Part shown: piece after piece, positions 38,277 to 50,639 of the stretch
Layout: each line of letters opens with the position of its first letter
Position numbering within the stretch: the stretch's first letter is position 1
Assembly (NCBI GenBank): GCA_000708835.1
Contig: DF236975.1
Location: 62,001 to 126,000, forward strand
Direction of reading: 5' to 3'
DNA: 64,000 nt
Source: Klebsormidium nitens
Lineage: Eukaryota > Plantae > Klebsormidiophyceae
Position numbers and translations under genes: made by a program
The notes under the pieces: generated by a model
What the model saw: the letters and a program-made list of their open reading frames with translations, nothing else
Databases searched by the model: none
Told to the model about the DNA's origin: nothing

Positions 38277-41200
38277 TCAAGGTGTCCTCTTGGCATAAAA
38301 ATTGAATAGTGTGCTGTCCTTGAGAGAATTGCTCTGTTGCTGCACAATATTCTGGAGGCCGGCTCCTCTCAGGATCTCTGCCTGCATTGACGAGAGCACG
38401 CAACCAGTCAGTAAGATTCCATGCCATTCAAGCTGATGAAATGGGATGTGGTCAGCTTGGAAGCACACGACGACCGATCTTATCTGTCGAAAGCGGTTGG
38501 CGGACCCTTTCATGGGGTAATGTGGCCGCCAGTCAAAGGTTTGGACGATGCAAAAGGTCTAGCTGGTTCTCAAAACTGACGGGGGCGAGGTGCCCTCACA
38601 AGTCGCCGGTGCAGGACTTCTACCGCGATGCATGGCAACAATTAGCTAAGCATCTTAGTCATATTTCAGTAGGCCACGCATCCAGCCACGTGCCTCCGCC
38701 ACCAGGAGCTTGTCCTCTGCCATACCCGTGCTCAACCTCGCCACTTCTAAAAGATAGCAAATCAGACTTCAACCAGCAAAAGCACAAATCTCTAAAACCC
38801 TCGTATCGTAAGACCCTGAAATCCCAAAACAAACGTCCTCTGTCCGATTGGTGGAAGGTGGACCAAATACCTCAACACCGACCTGGGTAACCGAAAGGCT
38901 TCTTACCACTTTCGTGAGGCGGCCATCGATGTCGTGCACTTCCATGACGACCTGCTTGATCTTCGGCCAATCGCTGTGCTTGATTCCGTTTAATACGTCC
39001 AATTCGGCTCGCTCCACGTCGATCTTGAGAAGATCAATTTGCCTGTAAGAGAACCCAAATCGCATTAGTCTTTCCAGGGTCGGCGTCAATCCAACGGCTC
39101 AAAGAATGCGCACCCTTATATCGAAGACACTGTGACGAAATGACGACTCTTTGTTGCATGGAAGTACTGGAGTCAATCGATCTCTGTCAAGATTTTCGCG
39201 TACAATCCATGTTAAACTATGTCACTACGTTGAGTAGCCGGTCAAGTTCTTTTGTCGAAAGACGGTATCCCACCATTTTGTCGCCGCATAGACGAGGCCT
39301 CGAGTGCGAGAACAGAAGGGCTCTCGTCAACTGAAAGAAGCAACACATTGGTTCTGCCGCCCTACTCCGTGCATCAAAACTGCTGATAGCTGGCGCTCCT
39401 TAGCTAAGGAAGCATGCGCATTGGAAGCAACTTTGGGCACAGATTAGAGATTGCTTTGAAACAGTCTCAGACGTCAGCACGTTTACGCCATACACCAAGA
39501 TTCAAAGGCAGCTTTTCGGAGTTTCACTCGAGATTGCAACGGTCACTCGACATCGTTCCAGAAATTCTTACCAATTACTTACTCGATATCGTACTCTTCG
39601 ATGATTTGCGACAGCGTAAACAGAGGACAGGTCGCCTGCAAAAGTAAAAGGCGAGATCGAACGTCACTGGTGCGGGCATTCGGACAAGCCAACAGATTTC
39701 TGTTGACATCAATTCCAGAAAGTCTCAAGCTGTGCCTAAATAAATAAACTCGAGTGGTTTTTGAATGGAAACCAGTACTTGCGCTCCTGAGGCAAGGCCA
39801 TAGGCGAGTTCGCAAGTGGCAACAAGGTGGGAAGTTGCCAACAGAAGGCAAAGAGTGCGTCTTCAAAAGACCGTACCTTCGTGGCTCTGCTGAGCATCCA
39901 TCTGACATACAGACGGGTCAGAAGGCTGGATAAAGAAGGAGGCGCGCGCTGCCGAAGCCACCTGCCTGTAGAGGCCTGCACAAAGCACCCTCTAACCAAC
40001 TCGGTTGGTATGCAACAGTGGTTTAACCAGCCAAACATGTACGGTGCTCACTTACGTTTCTACGAGCGTGCCAATCAAAATTTGAACCACGTCCCTTGAA
40101 TCAGCAAGCATAGCTGGGTCCTGTGGACACGTAAATGCAGGACGAGAGGGAGAATGAGAGAGGACTCACCAACGGCGAATCGCCAAGGCCCTCGCCCGTA
40201 GACAGCGCCGTGGCCAAGAAAATGTCCATTGAAGTCCTCAACTGAAAGAGAAGCGGAAAAGTTTTCTCTCCTATGGCCGGGTCATGGGATCAGGCTCAGC
40301 AAAGACTTGCACAGATCACATGAGTTCTGAAAAGCTGCAAGTCCTGTTATAAAGTCCCTTCAGGCCTGGCGGCGAGAGACAATCGAGCCAAATGGAGGAG
40401 AGCACTCAAATGAGCAACTGAGACGTTGGTAAGCGCGATGGACTGGAATGATGATGAGGAAATATGAGCTTCGATTCGAGAACTGCATCTTGACCCCTGT
40501 TTTGCAATGCAACACGATATCGAGAGCCCTGAAGCACTGACCTCCTCCTCATCTTCACACATGGTGCTCCAGCCTGCCGCCTGCTCATAGAAAGTAAATT
40601 CCGCCTACAGATAGACAACCGGAGACGAAATTTTGGAGATGCTACACTTTCAGAGAAGTGTCCAGTCAGGGGTGGCAACATACCATTTGAGCGACTACTT
40701 CAACCAAAAGCAGACTCTCCTTGAAGTCGCGAATGGTTCGATGGAGTTAGACGAAGCTCATCTGGCAGAGTCTTGTATGAGAGGTTCGACCAGTCTGTCT
40801 ATTGAAAAGCATTTCAAGGTTAACTCGCCTGAGGAGGGGTAGTCCAAGGATGATATCTGATCGCTTGGCGAGTCTTGGGAAGCTGGTTCAGATAGGGCTC
40901 ACCTGGTGCAGAAGGCCATCAGAAAGACCCGCGTTGATCAATTCTACCCTAGCACAGGGGGGCCCTTCTACATTTAAAGAAATGTTCTTCTGCAGTGCAC
41001 TGAAAATGGAGGGAATTGGCTCAAAGGCCAACACTCGACCACCGATGCATTTCTGCACAAGAATGCGTATGAGTGGACAACTTGAAGTTAGTGTTGTGGA
41101 AAGATTCAACTGTGGCAAGATCCCGCAATCAGAGTGAAAGGTTGGCAGTCTCTTAAAAGATAGAATTACACTCACGGAATGATTACAGACCTTAAAAAAA

Positions 41201-41495
41201 GCAGATTGAATAAGCGGTCGGCAAGATGCCCAATAGTTAAGAAGCAAAACAGGCGCCAGGCGAACTTAGGAAGATTGCTGTCACGTTGGGCAACCTGCCA
41301 GATGCTCACCCTTGCTGCTTGGATAGTAAAGAGACCAATGTTTGCACCTACATCCAGCACAGTGTCTCCTGGCCCTATACTTATGCCATGATCCAGATAA
41401 GAGCATTGCTCCCAAATCTCCTCGTAGAGGAAGGCGACGTCGGCCTCGCTGACAGAATGGACTATCAAGCCATTTGGCAAGACTACTGCTCTCAT
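38277..41495 (-). CDS. FkbM-family SAM-dependent methyltransferase (Methyltransf_21), about 8 exons; frame is open upstream to 41924 (possible targeting peptide)
   Basis: MRAVVLPNGL...FLYEEIWEQCSYLDHGISIGPGDTVLDVGANIGLF (SAM motif I); KCIGGRVLAFEPIPSIFSALQKN; AEFTFYEQAAGWSTM; TLSQIIEEYDIE; RQIDLLKIDVERAELDVLNGI...WPKIKQVVMEVHD; terminal exon AEILRGAGLQNIV...NFYAKRTP*. All are flanked by GT/AG sites. Confidence 0.85.
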
Positions 41496-42127
41496 GCCAC
41501 TCTCTTTAGAATCACCTACAGAAGGATCATATTCACCTACTCTGCTTGGGTTGCTAGCGTAGCTTCCAATGTGGCGTGTTCTGCTATACTCAGAGCGACG
41601 GCTGCTCTTATGGCTGTTAATCGCTTTAGAAGCTTGTCTGCTCCTGCTCAAAGAAGCGGCTTCTGCACTAAGTATTTGACGTGCCTCAGAAAATTGGCTA
41701 CAATGCGCTGGTCTCAGTAGGAGTTGCACGCTGAGCACTGACTTAGTCTGTCTACCTCTGATGGAATGGTGGTGCGGTACATGTTGGCAGAGTATTGAGC
41801 TGTAGCTGGTTCTCGAAAAGTGACGCGCCAATTCGAGGCTTTTAGATGGATGCAGAATAAGTTTCAGGCCAGTTCGTTGCATGCAGGCCGGCCGCGCCTC
41901 CATGCCCAATGCTGCTTTAAACAACGCTAGATCAGTGTACGTCTGACTGTCTGCTGGTGCTTAGACAGCAGCTTTGGAGCTCAAGACCGCCACCACCTTG
42001 CTGCCATCAAGACACCGCCCCCTGTCAGTGTCAGCCCGCCTGCTTTCTCTTCCATTCTGATTGATCATCCTCTCTCCTCTCTTCTCTATCAGTATCATCT
42101 CAGTTTCGAATATAAATTCCACTCTAA

Positions 42128-42516
42128 GGGTGTCGTTCCACGAGCGGTGGAAGTAGAAATATAAATTCCCTGATTGGCCCAAATTGTTTCTGCCGTCGGT
42201 CAACTGGCGGACTTCCGGGCAAACAAATGCCACGTCGGCGGCACAACTTTTATTAAAACTCGACCCGAGTATTTGTAGGGTCGAACAAAAATATTTTTCT
42301 GTGCCGGGACGTGGCACTGCATCAGCGAATGAGAGGACGCCATGTCGGATTCTCCAGTAAGTGCGTATATTTTAAATGCCACTTCCACCGGCGAGCTGTT
42401 CCACGAGCGGCCGGAAAATGGTAATATATTGAACTTCCAGGCAAATTCCGGCCTCTTCAGAGCCACATATTTTATTTATTTTGCTGACTTCCACCACCGC
42501 CCGTGGAACGACACCC
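42128..42516. mobile_element. 389-bp MITE, Tourist/PIF-Harbinger-like
   Basis: Perfect 15-bp TIR GGGTGTCGTTCCACG (42128-42142; reverse complement at 42502-42516), extending imperfectly to GGTGGAAGT. TAA target-site duplication at 42125-42127 and 42517-42519. Non-coding AT-rich interior. Confidence 0.85.
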
Positions 42517-43051
42517 TAAATATTTGCATTTTTGATTCAAATCACGTCGATACCGTGTCGGGAACCGGCACTCTGCGCCTGCCGTGTTTGAAACGGCGCT
42601 TTTTGGAGAGTCGAGACCCATGTATCGGGTATATGGGCGTTACTCAGGATGAACCGCTTGCAATAAGCGGTCCCGTATTACAAACTGCGCATATTCCGAC
42701 CTAGCTTCAAGATTTAACCCGGGCCCAGGTTCTGAGTGAGGCATGAAATGATGAATCATGATTCATGATGCTCAGAGAAAGTGATGGTGGGAGAAAAACG
42801 GCAGCAGAACAGAGACAGACAGGGCACCAGTTGAGAAGCCTTCTAGGTTCTAAGGTGGTGGCGCTGTAGGGCGGGTCACGAACAGACCAATGATCAGAAG
42901 CAGTAGCAGGACTTTGAGAGCGAGGCCAGCGTTGAGCAATATTGCCATTGACAACAAGGGCGAATGAGGGCCTAAGCTGGATGATGCCAGTCGCGAAAGA
43001 CCGACCGCACTTTACAGACAATTGCTACCACCAGTGGCGCCATAGAGAGCA

Positions 43052-46000
43052 ATGATGTGGGGGCGCTGCCGGACTGTCTTCCGGACAGTGTCCCAGAGAC
43101 GGCATTCCGTGGGCCAGGAGAGCTTCTGTGGTTTCGGTACTGATCTACTAGGTGGTGATCAGCTGCTGATGAGCCAGCCAGTTCAGGGCTTACGCATCGG
43201 TGGTGGCGCCAATTCTCATCACCAGGAGACTGTCTTCCAGGCTCCTATTAGGCTTGGCCTTGAAGGTTCTTTCTTTGATTGGCATTCCCCTCAATTCTGC
43301 ATTCATCAGCCCCGAAACTTCTCTAGCACCCCGCCCTCTCTCAGCCCCCCACCGCTAAGTTCACAGAAACCCATCCTCGTCAGAAATTTTATATTAGACT
43401 CTCTATATAACCCCAAGTACGGCTACTTTGCGTCACAAGATGCGGTGGTAGGGCGAATACCTGAAACAATTAACTTCAGCCAGCTGTGGGGTAGAGGAGG
43501 GTACACAAAGCTTCTAAGTAAACTCTACAGAGAGATTGGCTCATCTTGGTTGACTCCTGTTGAGCTGTTCCAGCCCTGGTACGGATATGCTCTCGCAGAG
43601 TTCATCACCCGGAGTAGCACAATTCCTCATACTGGCGCCAAGGATGCCAATCCTCAGCTTCGAACTAAGAGTCCACAGAAGCTATCTAAAAAGCCTGGGA
43701 AGTTTGCGGAGGTCGTTGATGGGACCTTGAAAATCTATGAGATTGGTGCGGGTTGCGGTACGTGCGCGCTTAATGTCTTGGACTACTTCGAACAGAAAAG
43801 GCCTGAAATCTACAAGCGGATGCACTACACCTCAATAGAGATCAGCGAGTCGCTGGCAGCGGAACAGCGAAAGACGGTGAGCCTCTGATGTCGTTGGATA
43901 TGTACCTTTCTTTGGAGGTCATCTGAGGAAAGCGGGTGCTGAACCTTACGAGCTGCTGTTTGTAAGCCACTCCAAAGCAATTCAGTCATTTTTAAACAAA
44001 GGTCTACTGAAAGCCTGTAATCTTACAGCCATGTCCTGCTTCTCGTTGTCCATCCGTCGAGTCATCCGGGTTGACCTTGTGGATATCCCTTCTCTCGAAG
44101 TGTATCTCCTTGAGTAAGGTTCTTTTGCTTTGTCCAGATTCGAAATTGCGGATTAGAGCCTACAGGCTGCAGGCTGTTTGCAACCACTTCAGTCGTGTCT
44201 GCGACATGTGACGCGGTCAAACATCTTAAAACTCTGTCAAACTCCTGCACGACTTAGGTTCATGCCAAGCGGCAGCACCAGTCGAAGTTCAAGGTGGAGG
44301 TCAGAAACGCAGCAGACGTGGCGGCATGGGGGCCACCCAGCGACGAGCCGTGCTTTGTGATCATGTTGGAGGTAAGAGCAGTGCGAGTTGAGTTTCGATA
44401 TTTTTCAAGTATCTTTCCTTCTTAGTCGTCTTAAAGAAATTCGCCGTCGATTCTGGATCCGGGGTCCGATCCGGAAGGTGTACCTTTTCGGGCGTTTCCT
44501 TGTGCTCGACAGTGCTGCTTCACGGCCACGAAATGCATCGATGTGACCTCATCGTACATGACATTGTTTATGACCATCAAAGTATGTTGCGGAGCTCGTT
44601 GCCCAGAAGATATAAAAGGCAATCGGTCCGAACTGGTATTCGCTCCTTCATTCACAATATCAGTCTCAGGAAATGAAATCCATCATACAAACTCAATCTA
44701 GAAGAGATGTGACAGCATTCTGCATAGTGATGACATGTTGCCTGTTGGATCAAAGTTCGCAGTAAGAATGACGCTTTTAGTCGGAGTCTACCACTCAAAT
44801 CCTTTCCTGAAGGATTTCATTTCTGTCTCGTTCCATCGAACTAGCCTGTAGTCTTCTGATCTGATCTTGCGAAGTATTGATCCGGTTCCGTCAAGCCCGC
44901 TTTCGCTGGCAAAGACACGTAAGCATAGCCACAGACGGACACGATAAGCTGTACTTCGAGACCTTTTGGTTCTGGAGCACTATTTCCTTTCCCGCATGCT
45001 TTGAACATGACGTTTCTAGAGGTCTTCACCAGTAGCATACGCTGTCACCGAAGTCGAGTGCTTCTCAAGTCCGCTATTATTGTCTGAACGTGAACCAGAT
45101 TCCGTTCGCATGTCTCTGGACAATTTGAAGCTCCGTTCAATTCGGAAGTTGTGTTAACGGTGCGACTGTACCCAATCTCTGAACTGCTGTCTCGTTTACT
45201 TGAGGAGGAGACAACAAAGCCCGCAAAGAATCTCGCTGTGTACAGGTCCTCGACAATCTGCCGCACGACCGTGTCTTCCGCTCCAGCCGCCATGACCCCT
45301 GGCTCCAGACCATGGTGACGTCATCCCAGCCGGGGTTGACGTCAGCCACGCCTAGCCCCGACTCCTCCATCCCCCCGAGCGAAGTTCAAGACCCCTCCAG
45401 CTCCCCCCTCCAGTTTCGAGAGTTGTTAGCACCGGTCCGAGACCCCCTGATCCGACGATGCTTAGCCGCCCTTGAGCCCGGGGGATCAGAAGCGGGACCC
45501 TTGAGCGGAACGGAACCCCCAGACGGAACGGAACCGGTCAAAGCTAACGTAACAGGACTGCTCGCGCTCGCCCGGGAGTTCTTTGGCAGCCTGGCGGAAC
45601 CCCCCGAGGGCTTGGAGGTTTTGTGGCTGCCCACCGGCGCTCTGCAGCTGCTGGAGACGCTGTACGCGGCCCGTCCGAACATGTGTCTAGTAGCTGCGGA
45701 CTTTGACGCGCTGCCGGACGTCCGGATAGAGGGGCGGAACGCGCCGCTAGTTGCCAGCAAGGTGTGCGCTTGCAACCATTGAGTGCGTTGACGGCCTCGA
45801 GCTTTTAAAATCTTTCATGCTTTGACCCTCGTTGCCTTGCCCCGCCCGTCATGCTTCTTCATTATATTTTTGTAACGAGATACTCTCTCTTTCATGTTGT
45901 GGACTTGATGTGACTTTTCGTGACGGGCCATTGCCTTTTGTTCCTCGACTTTCAGTCAAGAAGGGGAGTATTCTGGTCTGACAGATCAGGCGAGTGCTTG

Positions 46001-47039
46001 TTCGTCACGCCCAATCTGGAATACAATCGTGCGCATTTTTCAGAGACAACGACGCGATTTCAAAGTCCCCAAGCCCACTTTCACCAACTCATATTCGGCT
46101 CTCAGGAGGTCCTTTACGAGAATTTGATCCATCTCGGTCTGACCTGCGGGGGCTGAGTTCTCATCGTGTGGCGTTTCACCGTTGTCCGCTTGTCCAAACG
46201 CAGGCTGACGGAGTCACTCAGGACCAGTCGACGTATTTGGTACAGCCCGGGATAGCCGACATCTTTTTTCCGACCGACTTCGACGTGTTGCACCGGTTGA
46301 ACCTGGCAGCTGCTCATTGGTCGAAAGCTGGCCACGTGCCCTCGGCAAACTCGGTGAGCACCGCTTTATTAGAGTCTCTCGATCTAGCGCGGATCGATGA
46401 TCCGCAACCCTGAGGAATGAAATGTTGAGACCAGTTGTTGGCTTCAAGAATCATCGGCGACATGCAACCCGACTCGGATTGCCTGCCAGACGGGCGCGTT
46501 TGCGCAAAAGAGCCACACGCTTTTGGAGTCGCTTGAGCTGTTGTCGTGGGAGGGTGTTTGCAGACGCCAACGGGATAACTCTCCAATCACATGCGCGGCT
46601 GTCGTCTTCTTTGGTGAACCTTTTGCCGAACGCTGTCGTTTGAACCGGCCGGGAGCAAATTTACAGGAACGATGTGATGTTGGCACTACGAGGCTACGGA
46701 CAGCAGGCCACTTTAAGCGGTCTTTGTCGCTTTCCAAGCAGCAGCGTACATTCTACATCGACTCTCTACGGAATCAAGAAGTGACATATTTAGGTCAGGA
46801 CAAACGAGTCCTCTCCTATTCCATCGGGACGCACTCCGTAACCTTCAAAACCACTCTGCGAATCAGACCCCTCAATCAATCTGAATTTTGATGCACAGGC
46901 AAGCACACGAGCCTTCATGGAGCAGTTCGGCGACGTCAAACGGACAAGAACAAGGACTGGGTTCAACCCGCTGCTTGAAGATTACTTGAATACGAAAATC
47001 TTTGTAAGTCAGCCGGGAACAAGATTTGACGGGTCCTGA
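43052..47039 (+). CDS. NDUFAF7/MidA-family SAM-dependent protein arginine methyltransferase, mitochondrial; exons 43052..43876, 44258..44371, 45246..45761, 46204..46353, 46899..47039
   Basis: Arg-rich presequence-like N-terminus; VRNFILDSLYNPKYGYF; WLTPVELFQPWYG; IYEIGAGCGT; IMLE|VLDNLPHD; GIADIFFPTDF; GFNPLLEDYLNT. All joins are phase 0 GT-AG. Confidence 0.85.
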
Positions 47040-48009
47040 AAGCAGATTGACAATTTTATCAGCTTGACGGTGTGTCAAAGCAACAGGTGTGTGGACGAGA
47101 CTATGTTGAAATAAGGTGTGTGCTTACACTGCCCTCCAACGGATGAGGCGCAGGAAGGGAAGAAAGTGGAGACGCGGTCAAGCGGAAACGCTGCAGCCTT
47201 TTCAAATGTACTTAGCGACTGCTCATCATTCATCGGCCATGTCACGCCGGTATCACCTTCGTTAGTCGGACGGTATTTCGTTCTGCCCGATCTGCCCCGC
47301 AGTGCATGCGCAGGTAGTGTACTGCCTAGGAGGTTGGGGGTTCACCGTCATTTTGTCCAGGAATTAATTGTCCAGGAAATAATCAGAACGACGCGGACAT
47401 GCTTGACAACAGCAGAATGTACAATGATGCCCTATTGCCCCAAACATGTCGGCCAGCTTATCCTGCAGCAAGGATACCAACAAAGCACAAAGGGGCAAAG
47501 GAATCTGCAATTTGTAATTCAGCCTGCCAGCATGTCAATGTTGCGCCACATGTCTGATGTACAATGCAACTTTACGATAAAGTCCGAGACTGGTAGCTGA
47601 CTTAGGGTCGGACATAGTGCAATCAAGACATGAACCCGTCATGTATTTCAAACTTGAGCGTTTCCAGATTCGGTACAATCGAAGTAGCTACATTATGTCA
47701 TGTTGATTTGACCGTACGTCGGCGTACGCAAAGGCCGCCAGCCGCAGGCTGCGGCCGCGCGGGCCTGCGAGGGTGCCGCGCGCGAACGCCGGTTTCCGTT
47801 TGTAAGACTCCGGGATCAGTTCCGTTGATCGATTTTGAGCGGAACGTGCCTTGGGCTCTGCTCTGCTTTGCTCCCATGCTGCTGCAATCGCTCCTGTGGA
47901 GCTGCCATCTACGGGAGCATCAGATTCATAGATTCATACGCAAGAAGCTATCAAAAGTCTGCATTACCATACCGGTGATCCCCATTAAGGTGGTACAGCA
48001 TTGGTCCCA

Positions 48010-49284
48010 ATGACTCCAAAGCGCAGCGCCCGCGGCTTGGCGCACCCCCTCAGTCCAACAAGCTCAACCGGGAGCAACGACCTGGGTCCCGAACTGCTCA
48101 ATGCCATATTCAGCAAGCTCTCCCCCAGCCCTATCTACCTGGCGGCACTCCACTGTGTATGCAAAGACTGGCGCGACGTGATGCAGGAGCACACCTATCA
48201 GCAGCTCTGCCTGGAAGCCGCTCCTCGCCTATGCGAAGCAATGGGGTACAGCAAGATCAGCGCGCCCCCAGGTGGATGGGCGGCAGTTTTCCAGCTCCTG
48301 GTCTATTGCCCCGGGCTCCCTTCGTTACTATACACAACTGCAAGGGGGGAATGGTGGAACCAGCTCGGGCATGTGCAGAAGAAGACAGGCGGCTTTCTGA
48401 CGGGAAACGGCGTTGCGTCCGCTTTACAGCTGAAGGAGGCGTTTCACAAAGACGAGCTCTTCGTCACAGGTTTGTGTCAGCACGAGGGGGCGCGGAAAAA
48501 CGTGTGGGACGAGGACGTGGAGTACATCTCAGCGTTCAAGTCATGCGCATGCCGCGGCTTGGTCAGTGACTTTTCCAATTCTGCAATTGCAGAGAGGTCG
48601 GGGGCGGTCAAGTTCTGCAAGGCGCCTCTGGAGGAGCAGCAGAGAATGCAGGGGAGCGCAAAAGATCGGTGCACGTATTGCCGAGCACCGCTGTTTGAAC
48701 TCCAGGATCGTCTCTTCTTCAGAAACAACTACTGTAGCTCGGAATATGAGGTGGCAGATGAGGAAGAGGAAGAAGACTCTGACTGGGAAGAACCAGATGA
48801 GGATGGTTCCGCAGTTAGGGGCTACGTCTGCGGGAACGGACATCTGACGTTGGGCGCGGTCGGCAACTTTACAGAGCTTGGCGGAACGAAGGTGGCGGGC
48901 TCGGGGGAGGGTCTGACGGTGGAGCCTTCCCCCCTCCTCAAAGGGTTGTCCGAGACCTTTGCGCTACAAGAAGAGTTTGAGAACGAGCTCGAGTTTCGGA
49001 AGGGCTTGGATGCGTTCTCTGTCGCCAGGAAACTGAGGAGCCTTGCACGCGGGATGCGAGATGGCGTGGTTGCAGGAGATCAAGGGGAGCTTGAGCAGGG
49101 AGAAGAAGCTTTGTTTTCGACAGAGTCGAAGACAATGGTCGAGATGGAAGCGGTGTTGCCTGAGTTTCAGAAAAGGCCCTGGGATACGGTGGTAGCTTTC
49201 GAGGAAGATTTCGAGGACTCCGAGTCGGAATCGGAACCCGATGCCAAAGCTGGCGGCAAACCCCCTCTGGGAGACTCCAACTGA
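48010..49284 (+). CDS. EID1/EDL-like F-box protein (intronless ORF)
   Basis: N-terminal F-box (LGPELLNAIFSKL...LHCVCKDW), followed by AP.L...PPGGW...LLVYCPG, DELFVTGLCQH, CTYCRAPL and YVCGNGH motifs typical of EID1-like proteins. Confidence 0.75.
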   Translation: MTPKRSARGLAHPLSPTSSTGSNDLGPELLNAIFSKLSPSPIYLAALHCVCKDWRDVMQEHTYQQLCLEAAPRLCEAMGYSKISAPPGGWAAVFQLLVYCPGLPSLLYTTARGEWWNQLGHVQKKTGGFLTGNGVASALQLKEAFHKDELFVTGLCQHEGARKNVWDEDVEYISAFKSCACRGLVSDFSNSAIAERSGAVKFCKAPLEEQQRMQGSAKDRCTYCRAPLFELQDRLFFRNNYCSSEYEVADEEEEEDSDWEEPDEDGSAVRGYVCGNGHLTLGAVGNFTELGGTKVAGSGEGLTVEPSPLLKGLSETFALQEEFENELEFRKGLDAFSVARKLRSLARGMRDGVVAGDQGELEQGEEALFSTESKTMVEMEAVLPEFQKRPWDTVVAFEEDFEDSESESEPDAKAGGKPPLGDSN

Positions 49285-50486
49285 TGACGTAGACTTCATC
49301 ATGGAGTCTCTGCAAGGACATCACCGGGCTGTGCCGATCGTCCGGAGATACGCCGCGGGCAGTAAGCGAAGTGCGAAGACTGCTCTAAGGAGATGGCACC
49401 GGCTAAGAATGCTAGACAGAAGGAGGTCCAAGATAGTATCCACGCTCTCTGCAGTAAGAGGCAGGAGAAAGAAGGAGATTGAGGCTGCGTTAAGGAATGT
49501 GGGGATACATCCGGCTGCGGAGTGGGCGTGCGAGAAGTGGCCGGACACCAGCGCAGTCGACAAGTACGCTTCGGTAAGTCAATATGGAGACTGAAATTTC
49601 ATTCGCTTCGTGTGGTTGGTCATGAGTAGCCTAATCGCACAACCAGAACTAGATTTGGCTCGGCGCGGTCACCGATACAACTTGGGTTGGAGTTCGTAGG
49701 AGGTTGAAAGTTGGGACATGATTGAGTCAGTCTAGATACAGGGGCCCAAACTGACATCTAGTCAGCCTTCACCCCGGGTTCAGGCATCGTGTTGATCTAC
49801 CTGGTTAGGGTGGTTCAAGTGTTGTTCCCTGCAGCCAAAAAGCTATCCGGACAACTTTCAGACCAGTAGAGCAATGCAGCAACTTTTAAAGCTGTCTTCA
49901 TAGCAGATACTTCCCGTTCGATGTGCCATCACTGAGGCGAAACTAATGAAAACTCCCTTTGTTCCAAGTCTTTCAATGTCAGAGTTCGAGGCTATGTCCG
50001 AAGCAGGTTCAATATTAAACAATTCAGACTCGAAGAGATCATTTTATGCATCAACTCAAACACGGATCATGATCGTTCACGTCACTTTCTCTTAAATCAA
50101 CGAGATCAGTCCCTGAGACGGTTCGGTTAGTGACATTGTCTCCTCTTCTTGGTTCGAAGGACGAGGACTTCATGATCGACGAGGTCATCAGCTGCCAGCG
50201 GAAACAACTAGCGGAGGCGGCAGCTAGGAGGGCTGCGGACCCGGTAGGTGCCGAGCGAGAGCGTCTGAGGGCACAGAAAGAGGCGAGGGACTTTGCGCGG
50301 ATTCTTCAGCGGGGTGAGAGGAAGCAGCGCTGCAAAGAGTTTCAGAAGTCTATGAGATGCCCGGGGTCTTCGAGTGGGGGACAATGCAGTAGTACTGGTT
50401 CGTACACCTGCGCGTTTGTAGCGTGCGCCAAGTGTTGTCCAACGTACCCTGGGGACTGCCCGCGCCACAAAGCCGTGCTCGCCTGA
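49241..50486 (+). CDS. Second-frame continuation (49241..49573 plus 50160..50486) ending in a C-x7-C-x4-C-x2-CC-x6-C-x2-H zinc-binding motif; probably the frameshifted C-terminus of the F-box gene
   Basis: ORF 49241..49594 has donor TCG|GTAAGT at 49573. A pyrimidine-rich acceptor before GACGAGGAC gives an in-frame join to ...CSSTGSYTCAFVACAKCCPTYPGDCPRHKAVLA*, which resembles the SRS/SHI and DUS1 C-terminal zinc motifs. Confidence 0.5.
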
Positions 50487-50639
50487 GGCGGTCAGAGTCA
50501 GTCCGTTGGATAGATCTGCGTTTGCCAAGTGAGAGGGCTTGCGACCTCGAAGTACTGAGAGCACGGCAATTGGTTCAGAGAGTCGATGCTCTCTAGGTTG
50601 GACGAACTTTGGCAGACGGTCTAGTTCGTTGAACGGATA

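Noticed and set aside
41495-43052. Two SAM methyltransferases head-to-head as a functional cluster
   Set aside because: They belong to unrelated families (FkbM vs NDUFAF7) with no shared pathway evidence. Divergent pairs are common in this window (KNL2/CJD1, sPLA2/XPD).
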